From positions 1 through 39,464 of the forward strand of contig CAZCKR010000001.1 of the NCBI GenBank assembly GCA_964499305.1: 39,464 bases of DNA. The letters are read 5' to 3'. The position numbers were made by a program, and so were the translations under genes. The notes under the pieces were generated by a model, which saw only the letters and a list, made by a program, of their open reading frames with translations, ran no database searches and was not told the DNA's origin. This stretch comes from an uncultured Candidatus Bathyarchaeia archaeon (GTDB taxonomy: Archaea > Thermoproteota > Bathyarchaeia > TCS64). The stretch's first letter is position 1, and each line of letters begins with the position of its first letter. Of the stretch, positions 9,608 to 18,615 are shown piece after piece.

Positions 9608-9931
9608 TTGAACGAGGAGACAAGGAAGGCGCTGGACCAGATCAGGAGCATCGGGACGAACCTCACATTCGAGGGAGAGTACGTCGCCGACTTCATCGAG
9701 AGGCTTGACAAGGTCATCGAGGTAGTGGGCGTCAAGATGGAGGGAGACACCCTGAAGATACTGGTTGGCGGGCCAAGAGCCCCCTCTCAGGAGGAAGTCC
9801 TACGGGTCTTGACGAAGGCCAGCCTCCTCAACGTTACCGCCGCGGGCTACGAGGACACGGAGTACGGGAAGATGATTTACTTCGAGTACTATCTGCCGCC
9901 GTGGAACGCTTCATATGTGGGCCAAGTCTAG
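9608..9931 (+). CDS. hypothetical protein
   Basis: The coding-like part of ORF 9455..9931 begins about the in-frame TTG at 9608 (LNEETRKALDQIRS...). The upstream part overlaps the previous ORF. Confidence 0.45.
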   Translation: MNEETRKALDQIRSIGTNLTFEGEYVADFIERLDKVIEVVGVKMEGDTLKILVGGPRAPSQEEVLRVLTKASLLNVTAAGYEDTEYGKMIYFEYYLPPWNASYVGQV

Positions 9932-10208
9932 ACCGTTTTCGCCCTAAATTTATGAGATGAAAAGCATCTATGTTTCCGCGTAGAGGGGACGCGGTTACAA
10001 TCAGTTAATCAAAACCTCCTGCCCTCAAAATGTCACGGGTCTTCGATGGTGGTAAGACTCGCCTCTTAACGTTGGGAAACGCAATGAAACAACGAGTCTT
10101 ACCGGTATTGATAATGTTGAATTCTTTTTAAACCTTGACATGTGTAACCGTACAGAAAATTAATCGGTGACAGCTTTTTCGGCTTCGGACGGGTCTTGGC
10201 TAAGCTAC

Positions 10209-10478
10209 CTAAAACACCTTGTCCTTCTGCTCCGCACGGTAGAGCTTCTTGTAGACGGAGTCCCACTTGCCCTGACTCATCTTGTCGCAGATGTCCTGCA
10301 TGACCTTCCTGAACGCCTTCTTCTGGACCTCGTCCTCGTACTTGTAGTACAGGGCTGAGAGGTCGGCCCAGATCTCCTCTTTTATGGCCTCAAGCTCGAC
10401 GTCGCTGGGCGGAAGTATCTGGTCTATTACCTCTTTAACCATGCCCTTGAAGCCGTTCTGTCTATCATCAGACGCCAT
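10209..10478 (-). CDS. hypothetical protein (helical, acidic/basic)
   Basis: 89-aa ORF with protein-like composition and codon usage. No family recognised. Confidence 0.55.
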   Translation of the reverse strand: MASDDRQNGFKGMVKEVIDQILPPSDVELEAIKEEIWADLSALYYKYEDEVQKKAFRKVMQDICDKMSQGKWDSVYKKLYRAEQKDKVF

Positions 10479-10746
10479 TGGCTACCGGGACACAAACGAC
10501 AAATTGGTTCATATAAGGGTTCCGAGAACAACCCCCCTAATTTATATGTATAGATAAAAATCATCCTTTTCCATCTACAGAATTTATATTTTTAATATAG
10601 ATTAAAATTCTGGTTCCCTGAGATAGATCTACGCCAGGAATCAGGCAACGAAAAAGTGAAAAACCTTTTCTGAAACATAGGCAAAAGCAGGGACTATCGA
10701 TGAAAAATCTTATGATTCAGTGAAAAACATTGAAAACGTGTGAGAG

Positions 10747-11580
10747 ATGCCGCAGAGACTTCCGCCCATACTGACCGCGTACACCGCAAAGAAGCTGCTT
10801 GATGGAAATAACGAAGTATCTCTTGACTTGGGCTTGACGACGACGAAAATAAAACGGACAAATGAGGGAATATCTTTCCCCAAAGGAGAATGCGTCGACT
10901 ACGGATCTCTCGAAAAGATAGCGGAAAAAGAAAACGCGGCCTACTTCGTATCAGGCGAGAACGTGTACCAAGTCGCCACATCAGGGAAACACTTTTATAA
11001 ACTAGTACCAACGCCCGGCGCCCCGACCCTGGAGATAGACGGAATCAGGATGCACAGGACCAAGGACACGACGCCCGACGTGGACGCCAGAGAAAAGCTT
11101 AGCATATTAGGTCTCGACGGCGGCTGCGTCCTTGATACGTGTATGGGGCTCGGGTACACGGCAGCGGAGGCCCGCCGGAAGGGGGCAGAGAAGGTAGTCA
11201 CAGTCGAGCTTGAACCGTCTGTCGTCCACATTTCAGCGTTAAACCCTTGGTCGAGGGACGTCTTCGAGGACCCGGACATACACAAGATACTCGGGGACAG
11301 CTTCACCTTGGTCGGGTGCCTGCCTGACGGCTTCTTCGACTACGTCATCCACGATCCGCCCCGCCACGGCCACGCGGGAAGGCTCTACGGGAGCGAGTTC
11401 TATCATAGACTATTCGACGTTCTAAGGCAGGGCGGGCGGCTGTTCCACTACACGGGAGAGCCCCGCTCTAGGTACAGGGGCGTCTCGCTGCAGCGAGGTG
11501 TCAGCCGCCGCCTCCGCGCCGCAGGATTCAGGGAAGTCGAGTACCACCCGACGGTAATGGGCGTCACGGCGTCGAAGTAA
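10747..11580 (+). CDS. class I SAM-dependent methyltransferase (archaeal COG2521-like)
   Basis: Motif I VLDTCMGLGYTA, acidic loop TVELEP, and motif IV IHDPP. Confidence 0.75.
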   Translation: MPQRLPPILTAYTAKKLLDGNNEVSLDLGLTTTKIKRTNEGISFPKGECVDYGSLEKIAEKENAAYFVSGENVYQVATSGKHFYKLVPTPGAPTLEIDGIRMHRTKDTTPDVDAREKLSILGLDGGCVLDTCMGLGYTAAEARRKGAEKVVTVELEPSVVHISALNPWSRDVFEDPDIHKILGDSFTLVGCLPDGFFDYVIHDPPRHGHAGRLYGSEFYHRLFDVLRQGGRLFHYTGEPRSRYRGVSLQRGVSRRLRAAGFREVEYHPTVMGVTASK

Positions 11581-11627
11581 CTGGGAAAACCTAAATCCTG
11601 TCCAGCCCGATATTCAAGCGGTAACGC

Positions 11628-12653
11628 ATGTCCACGTCTAGGCGTCTCCCGACGGGAAAGGTGCCGAAGGAGGTACTGAAGAGACTCGTCTTCACCTGCC
11701 TCGGGGCGCCGCCGGAGAGAGTGCTCAAGGGGCCGAGCGTCGGCGAGGACGCGGCTCTCCTGGACATGGGCGAGAGCATCCTCATCGCCAAGGCGAACCC
11801 CATCACGGGGGCTGAGGCCAGGATAGGGTGGCTGGCGGTTCACATCAACGCCAACGACGTCGCCGCCAGGGGGGCCGAGCCCCGGTGGTTCCTCAACGTA
11901 GTGCTGCTCCCGGAGGGGTCGGACGAGTCCCTTCTGGAGACCATCGCGGGAGAGATGCATGACGCCTGCTGCGAGCTCGGCGTGAGCATAGTGGGGGGTC
12001 ACACCGAGGTGGCGCCCGGCTTGGAGAGGCCCATCGTGGCCGGCTTCATGCTGGGCGAAGCCCCGCGGGGGGGCATCGTCACGACCGGCGGCGCGAAGCC
12101 GGGAGACCACATAATACTCACCAAGGGGATGGGTATCGAGGGGACCGGGATACTCGCCTCTGATCTGAGGGAGAGGCTGAGAGGGAAAGTCGGTGAACCC
12201 GTCCTAGAGAAGGCGTCCACGTTCCTGGACATGATCAGCGTCGTCCCCGAGGCCCTGAAGGCGAGCAGGGCCGGGGGTGTCCACAGCATCCACACACCGA
12301 CCGAGGGGGGCGTGCTCAACGGCCTGTTGGAGGTGTCGGAGGCGTCGGGGCTGGGGTTCAGGGTCTACGCGGACAGGCTGCTCGTCGCCGAGGAGACCAG
12401 ACTAGTATGCGGCGCCCTCGGCGTCGACCCTTTGAAGCTCCTCAGCAGCGGCAGCCTCCTCATAGCGGCTGACCCTGACAGGTCGACGGACGTCATCGAG
12501 GCCATGAGGGAGGTCGGCGTCGAAGCCGGGGTGATCGGGGAGATGCTGTCAGAGGGCTGTGAGAGGCTGATGGTGAACGGCGACGGGTCCGTGAGCCGCG
12601 TGGAGCCGGTGGACCAGGATGAGCTGTTCCGGGTTCTGGAGGAACAAGGGTAG
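11628..12653 (+). CDS. AIR synthase-related protein (PurM/HypE/ThiL superfamily)
   Basis: GEDAALLD, ANDVAARGAEP and GGHTEV motifs of the PurM-like fold. It lacks the C-terminal PRIC motif of HypE. Confidence 0.75.
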   Translation: MSTSRRLPTGKVPKEVLKRLVFTCLGAPPERVLKGPSVGEDAALLDMGESILIAKANPITGAEARIGWLAVHINANDVAARGAEPRWFLNVVLLPEGSDESLLETIAGEMHDACCELGVSIVGGHTEVAPGLERPIVAGFMLGEAPRGGIVTTGGAKPGDHIILTKGMGIEGTGILASDLRERLRGKVGEPVLEKASTFLDMISVVPEALKASRAGGVHSIHTPTEGGVLNGLLEVSEASGLGFRVYADRLLVAEETRLVCGALGVDPLKLLSSGSLLIAADPDRSTDVIEAMREVGVEAGVIGEMLSEGCERLMVNGDGSVSRVEPVDQDELFRVLEEQG

Positions 12654-12741
12654 AGCCACTTTCACTCGCCCCTCCGCTTACTGTATATCTGAACCTACGA
12701 AATGCATAAATTCCTGTCTGCGTCCCCTGAAACGGGGTTAG

Positions 12742-13914
12742 ATGACGCAGCGAGGCATCTTCGTCGACGAGGCCATACTCGACATCAGCTACGTGCCCGA
12801 CGTCATACTCCACCGCGAGGCGGAGTTCAGGGCGCTGGAGAGTCTTTTCGACCACATGGTCGCGGCCCCCTACGAGATGAGCCAGAAAGTCATTATACTC
12901 GGCGGCGTCGGGAGCGGCAAGACCCTCCTGGCCCACTACTACGGGCGGAGCCTCCGCAAGAAGGCCGAGCGCCGCCGCGTCACCTACGAGTACATCCACG
13001 TCAACTGCAGGGAGCAGAGGGGCAGTCTCTTCATGATCCTCAGCCAGGTGGTCAAGCGGCTACGCCCCGAGTTCCCCGAGAGGGGATACGCCGCCAACGA
13101 GCTCATGGACATACTCAGGCAGATCATGGACGAGGACAACGCCCAGATACTCCTAGCCCTGGACGAGGTGGACATCCTCATCGAGAACGAGGGAAGCGAC
13201 GCCCTCTACTACCTCACCAGGTTCCACGAGACCGAGCCAGACGAGCCCCGCCGCCTAAACATCATGTTCATCAGCAAGGACCAGGAGGTCTTCAGGAAGC
13301 TGGACAGGAGCACCCTGAGCAGCCTCCAGCGCAACGTCATAAGGATGCGGGACTACGACCAGGCCCAGCTGGCCGACATACTCCTGTACCGCGTCGAGAA
13401 GGCGTTCAGGAAGGACGCGGTGCCTCCCGAGATAGTGGACTTCATCAGCGAGCTGGCGTACAAGGAGAACAGCGACGCCAGGTACGCCATCGACGTGCTC
13501 CACGGCTCAGGCAGGATGGCTGAGCAGAGCGACGCGCTCCAGATCCAGCCCGAGCACGTCCGGACGGCAGCCATGGGGGTCTTCCAGACCCTGAACAAGG
13601 AGGCGGTCCGGCAGCTCAGCCCCCACGAGAAGCTGGTGCTCCTGGCGGTCGCCCGGTTCTTCAAGGCCAACGACGTGACCCACGGCACCACGGGCGAGAT
13701 CGAGGAAGCCTACCGCCTGGTCTGCGAGGAGTACACGGAGGAGCCCCGGGGCCACACCCAGTACTGGAAGTACCTCAAGAACCTGAAGAGCCTGGACTTC
13801 GTCAACGTCAAGCTACAGGCAAGCAGCCAGGGCAGGACCCAGCTCATCAGCCTGGAGAAGATACCCGCCGAGGAGTTGGAGAAGGAGGTGGCGAGGATCA
13901 TTGATGCGTCGTAG
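12742..13914 (+). CDS. cdc6: Orc1/Cdc6 replication initiator
   Basis: Characteristic N-terminus (LDISYVPDVILHREAEF), Walker A GGVGSGKT, Walker B LALDEVD, sensor regions and a C-terminal winged helix. Confidence 0.93.
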   Translation: MTQRGIFVDEAILDISYVPDVILHREAEFRALESLFDHMVAAPYEMSQKVIILGGVGSGKTLLAHYYGRSLRKKAERRRVTYEYIHVNCREQRGSLFMILSQVVKRLRPEFPERGYAANELMDILRQIMDEDNAQILLALDEVDILIENEGSDALYYLTRFHETEPDEPRRLNIMFISKDQEVFRKLDRSTLSSLQRNVIRMRDYDQAQLADILLYRVEKAFRKDAVPPEIVDFISELAYKENSDARYAIDVLHGSGRMAEQSDALQIQPEHVRTAAMGVFQTLNKEAVRQLSPHEKLVLLAVARFFKANDVTHGTTGEIEEAYRLVCEEYTEEPRGHTQYWKYLKNLKSLDFVNVKLQASSQGRTQLISLEKIPAEELEKEVARIIDAS

Positions 13915-14197
13915 AGAGGAGCGGATGGTCGAGGACATCCTCGGCAGCAGGGGCCGCATCAGGGTGCTTCAGGTGCTCACCGAGAGCGGGGAGCTCAACA
14001 TAAGCGAGGTGAGCCGCCGCACCGGACTCAACTACACGAGCGTGCAGAGGCACCTCATGAAGCTCAAGGAGCTGGGGCTCCTCAAGGAGAAAAGGTACGG
14101 CAAGATCAGGATATTCGAGGTCCAGTTCAGGAGCCTCGGCATAGTATTCGAGAACGGCAGACCCGTGAGCGTCCAGATCCAGGGCCAGAGCCCTTAG
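13904..14197 (+). CDS. small winged-helix (ArsR/TrmB-like) DNA-binding protein
   Basis: RIRVLQVLTESGELNISEVSRRTGLNYTSVQRHLMKLKELGLL is a classic wHTH. Overlaps the cdc6 3' end by 11-14 nt. Confidence 0.7.
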   Translation: MRRREERMVEDILGSRGRIRVLQVLTESGELNISEVSRRTGLNYTSVQRHLMKLKELGLLKEKRYGKIRIFEVQFRSLGIVFENGRPVSVQIQGQSP

Positions 14198-14292
14198 CCG
14201 ATCTCCTCCACGTAAGAGATATGACTAGGACGCCGTAGAGTCTAGGACAGAACCATGAACTACCCGGTCGACCGAGATCCAGACGATGTTTT

Positions 14293-15015
14293 TTGAGAAC
14301 CAGAACCACGTCGCTGACCAGGTTCACCATGTTTTTCCTCGTCTTCATCCTGGCCGTGATGTACCTCGACGTAAGCCATAGGGTGGGCAGGGTCGGCTCA
14401 GCCGTCAAGGTGGCGTACATAGACCCGCTCTACGCGGAGAGCCCGGGGTTCTACGAAGACGTCGACGCGCTGTTCAGTGGCGAGAGATACGTGTTTGAGC
14501 CCACCCTCGGGGACGCCGTCACCGTCGAGCACCTAAGGAGAATCCCCAAGGGGTACGACTTGATCATCCTCCGGGTGCACAGCACCGTAAACGAGGACAT
14601 GGTGTGGTTCTTCACCGGGGAGGAGTACAGCCAAGACAAGTACGTGCTGGAGCAGCTAGTGGACGAGGTCCACCCGGCGAGGCCTAGCCTCGGGTCTGAG
14701 CGTCTCTTCGCCGTCGGCGCGGACTTTGTGAACCACTTCATGGTGGACAGGTTCAGGGGCTCGGTGGTGATGGTCATGGGCTGCGACGGCATCAGGTCCA
14801 CCGACCTGGCCGAGGCTTTCGTCGACAACGGCGCGAGGCTGTACATCAGCTGGGACGGCCCAGTGACTCTGGAGCACACGGACCGCGCCTTCAGACGTCT
14901 AATCGTAGCCATGGCAGAGGAAGGCGTCGAGGAGAAGGAAGCGGTCAGCCTAGTAATGGAGGAGGTTGGCTGCGACCCTGACTACAACTCCTCCATCGCT
15001 TGGTTTCCGCCGTGA
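14293..15015 (+). CDS. membrane-anchored hypothetical protein
   Basis: N-terminal TM anchor (FFLVFILAVMYL) followed by a roughly 200-aa globular domain. No family recognised. Confidence 0.55.
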   Translation: MRTRTTSLTRFTMFFLVFILAVMYLDVSHRVGRVGSAVKVAYIDPLYAESPGFYEDVDALFSGERYVFEPTLGDAVTVEHLRRIPKGYDLIILRVHSTVNEDMVWFFTGEEYSQDKYVLEQLVDEVHPARPSLGSERLFAVGADFVNHFMVDRFRGSVVMVMGCDGIRSTDLAEAFVDNGARLYISWDGPVTLEHTDRAFRRLIVAMAEEGVEEKEAVSLVMEEVGCDPDYNSSIAWFPP

Positions 15016-15140
15016 AACACGTTCTCATGGAGCCGTAAACAGGTTAAGGAAGTATTTTTAAATAGGCTCCGGGTTGTTGAGAGGGTAGAACGCGCAGGTT
15101 AGACATAGCTGACACTGTGCGAAATATAGGCGGAAAACGA

Positions 15141-15371
15141 ATGATAGTCCCTGTTCGGTGCTTCTCATGCGGGAAGGTCATAGGCGACAAGTGGGAGGAC
15201 TTCAACAAGCGCATAGAGGCCGGGGAGAACCCCGGAGAAGTCCTCGACAGCCTAGGCGTCACCAGGTACTGCTGCCGCAGGATGCTCCTCGGCCACGTCG
15301 AGATAATCGACGACGTATTAAAGTTCCACGAGGATCGGGAGATCCCCGACCTCAGAGGAGGACCCAGCTAA
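15141..15371 (+). CDS. rpoN: DNA-directed RNA polymerase subunit N (Rpo10)
   Basis: [21 protein letters not shown]...RYCCRRML is the canonical RpoN/Rpb10 zinc-bundle sequence. The internal ATG at 15141 is preferred over the track start at 15117. Confidence 0.9.
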   Translation: MIVPVRCFSCGKVIGDKWEDFNKRIEAGENPGEVLDSLGVTRYCCRRMLLGHVEIIDDVLKFHEDREIPDLRGGPS

Positions 15372-15982
15372 TGGAAGTCGAAGTAAACGAGAACCTGCTC
15401 CTGCCTCAGGAGATACTGCTAAGCGCGGGCGTCCACATAGGCACCCGCATCAAGACCAAGGACATGGAGCCCTTCATCTACAAGGTGAGGCCCGACGGCC
15501 TCTTCGTGCTGGACATGGAGCAGATGAACGAGCGCATCAAGATGGTGGCCCGTTTCATGTCCAGGCTGGACATGAGCAAGATCGTGGTGGCCAGCAGCAA
15601 GCGGTACGGCAGGAACCCCGTCGAGAAGTTCTGCGAGATGCTCGGGTGCAGGCCGTACATCGGGCGGTTCACGAGCGGGTCCTTCACGAACCCGGAGTAC
15701 GCTGACTTCTTCGAGCCCGTGGCGGTCATCGTCACCGACAGCCTCGCCGACCAGCAGATAGTCGAGGAGGCCAGCCAGATCGGGATCCCTGTGGTCGCGC
15801 TCTGCAGCACAGACAACAGCCTCAAGAACGTGGACCTCGTGATACCCGTGAACAACAAGGGCCGCAGGAGCCTCGCCATAGTCTACTGGCTCCTCGTCAG
15901 AGAGATCATGAGAGAGAGAGGAACTCTCCCCGCCAGCGGAGAATTCGGCGCAACCATCGAGGACTTCGAGACCACGCTGTAG
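15371..15982 (+). CDS. rps2: 30S ribosomal protein S2 (uS2)
   Basis: LLSAGVHIGTRIKTKDMEPFIYKVRPDGLFVLD is the conserved uS2 N-terminus. The ATG shares one nt with the rpoN TAA stop. Confidence 0.9.
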   Translation: MEVEVNENLLLPQEILLSAGVHIGTRIKTKDMEPFIYKVRPDGLFVLDMEQMNERIKMVARFMSRLDMSKIVVASSKRYGRNPVEKFCEMLGCRPYIGRFTSGSFTNPEYADFFEPVAVIVTDSLADQQIVEEASQIGIPVVALCSTDNSLKNVDLVIPVNNKGRRSLAIVYWLLVREIMRERGTLPASGEFGATIEDFETTL

Positions 15983-16834
15983 GTGACGGGTTTGAGCGTC
16001 AGGCGGCCGGTAGTCGCTGGGGCCTTCTACCCCGCGCAGCCTGATCGCCTCAGACAGCAGATCGAACAATGTTTTAGCCATCAACGCGGACCCGGCAGGC
16101 TGCCCGGCGAGACGCAAGCAAAACGCACGATCCATTCGGTTGTATGCCCCCACGCAGGCTACGTTTACTCGGGGCCGGCGGCGGCGCACAGTTACCTCGC
16201 CCTAGCCGAGGAAGAGAAGCCCGAGACCGTCATAGTCGTCGGGCCCAACCACTCGGGCTGGGGGACCCCTGTTTCCATGATGGGTGAGGGCAGCTGGGAG
16301 ACACCGCTAGGGCGCGTGCCTCTGGATACGGCTCTCGCCAAGGAGATATTCGAGCGCTCTGAGGTCATCGACTACGACCACACAGCGTTCCTGAGGGAGC
16401 ACAGCGTCGAGGTGCAGGTGCCTTTCCTGCAGTACATCTACGGCGACTTCAAGCTGGTGCCCATATGCATGGGGCACCAGGACCTGGAGACGAGCAGAGA
16501 GGTGGGCGAAGCCATCCACAGAGCCACGGAGGATAAGAACGTCCTCGTGATCGCGTCGACTGACCTGACCCACCAGGAGCGCAGGGAGTCGGCGAACAGG
16601 AAGGACCGGCTGGTAATAGACGCCATACTGGAGATGGACGAGGAGAAGCTCCAGAGAGTCGTGAGGGAGCACAGGATAACCACGTGCGGCTACGGCCCAG
16701 TGTCAGCCGCGTTGGTGGCCTCCAAGCTCGCCGGAGCCGGAGAAGCAGAGTTACTTTCATACTATACCAGCGGAGACATTATAGGAGACTACAGCGCGGT
16801 GGTGGGCTACGCCGCCCTGAAGATAACCCGGTGA
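15983..16834 (+). CDS. MEMO1-family protein (AmmeMemoRadiSam system protein B-like)
   Basis: RRPVVAGAFYP and CPHAGYVYSG motifs of the MEMO/UPF0103 family. GTG start abuts the rps2 stop. Confidence 0.85.
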   Translation: MTGLSVRRPVVAGAFYPAQPDRLRQQIEQCFSHQRGPGRLPGETQAKRTIHSVVCPHAGYVYSGPAAAHSYLALAEEEKPETVIVVGPNHSGWGTPVSMMGEGSWETPLGRVPLDTALAKEIFERSEVIDYDHTAFLREHSVEVQVPFLQYIYGDFKLVPICMGHQDLETSREVGEAIHRATEDKNVLVIASTDLTHQERRESANRKDRLVIDAILEMDEEKLQRVVREHRITTCGYGPVSAALVASKLAGAGEAELLSYYTSGDIIGDYSAVVGYAALKITR

Positions 16835-17845
16835 GTGAAGACGATGCATGTGGAGGCAACGGCGCCAGGAAAGATGATACTGTTCGGTGAGCACAGCGTG
16901 GTCTACCGGGGGCCAGCCGTCGTCCTCGCCATAGACAGGAGGGCACGGGTCTATGCTAGTAAGCGCGACGACCGAAAGATCTACGTGGACGCCGACAACC
17001 TCGGGTTCTCCGGCTACTTCGAGGACGACGTCTACCACGCGGTCAGAGGAAAGGTGTGGAGGGGCAGGAACCTGGCGGCCCTTAACGTGGCGGCCAAGAA
17101 GACCATGGACCGCCTCGGCGTCGAGTCCGGCGTGAACCTGAAGGTGAGGTCCATGATACCCATAGCGGTGGGGCTGGGCAGCTCGGCCGCCATATGCGTG
17201 GCCACGGTGGGCGCCGTGGAGCGGCTCTTCGACGCCGGCCTCAGCAAGGAGGAGATATCCAGGCTGGCGTTCGAGGGTGAGACCATCATACATGGGAAGC
17301 CCAGCGGCGTGGATAACACCGTCAGCACCTTCGGCGGCGTGCTGAGCTACGAGAGGGACTCGGGCATCAAGCACCATAAACTAGACTCGTCCATGCCCTT
17401 CATCATCGGCAACACCTGGAAGAAGCGGTCCACCAGGATGATGGTGGAGAGCGTCGCGGCCCTCAAGGAGAGGAACCCGGCGATGATGGACTCCATAATA
17501 GACGCCATGGGAGGCATAGCCGGGGAGGGTTTGGATGCCCTGCTCTCCAAAGACATCCATCGCATCGGAGACCTCATGAACATGAACCACGGCCTGCTGT
17601 CGGCGATAGGGGTCTCAACCATGAAGCTGGAAAGTCTAGTGCATACCGCGCGGCAGAACGGCGCCCTCGGGGCGAAGCTCACCGGCGCCGGCGGCGGCGG
17701 CTGCATTATCGCCGTAGCCGAGGAGGAGAATTTGAGCGCCGTGGAGAAGGCCATCAGGCGCAGGAAGAGCGATAGCTACAGGGTCCAGCTGACGGACCGA
17801 GGCGTCGAGAGCAGGTGGATTGAGGAAAAGAATGCTGATTCTTAA
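16835..17845 (+). CDS. mvk: mevalonate kinase
   Basis: GHMP kinase motifs APGKMILFGEHSVVY, GLGSSAA and KLTGAGGGGC. Alternative ATG at 16844. Confidence 0.9.
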   Translation: MKTMHVEATAPGKMILFGEHSVVYRGPAVVLAIDRRARVYASKRDDRKIYVDADNLGFSGYFEDDVYHAVRGKVWRGRNLAALNVAAKKTMDRLGVESGVNLKVRSMIPIAVGLGSSAAICVATVGAVERLFDAGLSKEEISRLAFEGETIIHGKPSGVDNTVSTFGGVLSYERDSGIKHHKLDSSMPFIIGNTWKKRSTRMMVESVAALKERNPAMMDSIIDAMGGIAGEGLDALLSKDIHRIGDLMNMNHGLLSAIGVSTMKLESLVHTARQNGALGAKLTGAGGGGCIIAVAEEENLSAVEKAIRRRKSDSYRVQLTDRGVESRWIEEKNADS

Positions 17846-18611
17846 GCTCGGTGGAAGCGTCGTCACACACAAGGACAAGCCGTTCACGCCGCACATCGAC
17901 AACATCGCCCGTCTCGCGGCTGAGATAGCGGAGGCCGACGCCCAGCCCCTGGTCGTCGTTCACGGGGGAGGCTCATACGGTCACCCCGTCGCCACGGAGT
18001 ACGGGATAGCAGAAGGCTACAGAGAGCCGAGGCAGATCATCGGGTTCTCCAAGACACATCAGGCCATGGTGGAGCTCAACGGCATAATCGTTCGTGAGCT
18101 CCTCGACGCCGGGGTGCCTGCGTTCGCCGTCTCTCCCTCCTCCTTCGTAGTGACGGAGGGTAGACGGATAACCGGCATCGACCTCAAAGTCGTAGAGAGG
18201 TGCATCGAGTCTGGGCTTGTCCCCGTTCTCTACGGCGACGCGGTCCTGGACACCCTGCAGGGGTTCGCCATACTCTCGGGCGACCAGCTCGCCGTGAAGC
18301 TGGCTACAGGCCTAGAAGCCGAGAGGGTGGTGTTGGGCTCAGATGTCGACGGGGTATTCACAGATGACCCCAAGCTCGTCGAGGACGCCCGGCTCATTGA
18401 GGAGCTTTCCCTAGGCAATCACGGTGACGAGGCCAAGATCGGTGACGCGCTTGACACGGACGTGACCGGCGGCATGCTCGGTAAGGTAGTTGAGGCAGCG
18501 GAGGCCGTCGAGGCTGGGATAGAGGTCGTGCTGGTCAACGCGACCGTGGGGGGCCGCGTGAGAGCGGCCCTGAGAGGCGAAAACGTAATTGGGACACGGC
18601 TGAAGAGGTGA
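17832..18611 (+). CDS. ipk: isopentenyl phosphate kinase
   Basis: Amino-acid-kinase fold with LKLGGSVVT and VVVHGGGSYGH. Conserved position after mvk. Overlaps the mvk end. Confidence 0.85.
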   Translation: MLILKLGGSVVTHKDKPFTPHIDNIARLAAEIAEADAQPLVVVHGGGSYGHPVATEYGIAEGYREPRQIIGFSKTHQAMVELNGIIVRELLDAGVPAFAVSPSSFVVTEGRRITGIDLKVVERCIESGLVPVLYGDAVLDTLQGFAILSGDQLAVKLATGLEAERVVLGSDVDGVFTDDPKLVEDARLIEELSLGNHGDEAKIGDALDTDVTGGMLGKVVEAAEAVEAGIEVVLVNATVGGRVRAALRGENVIGTRLKR

Positions 18612-18615
18612 ATAT

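Noticed and set aside
9975-10129. Assigning the candidate sRNA to the C/D-box or H/ACA class.
   Set aside because: No RUGAUGA/CUGA box pairs on either strand. There is no ACA box at the right distance from the long hairpin, and no K-turn/K-loop. Only the generic ncRNA hypothesis is kept.
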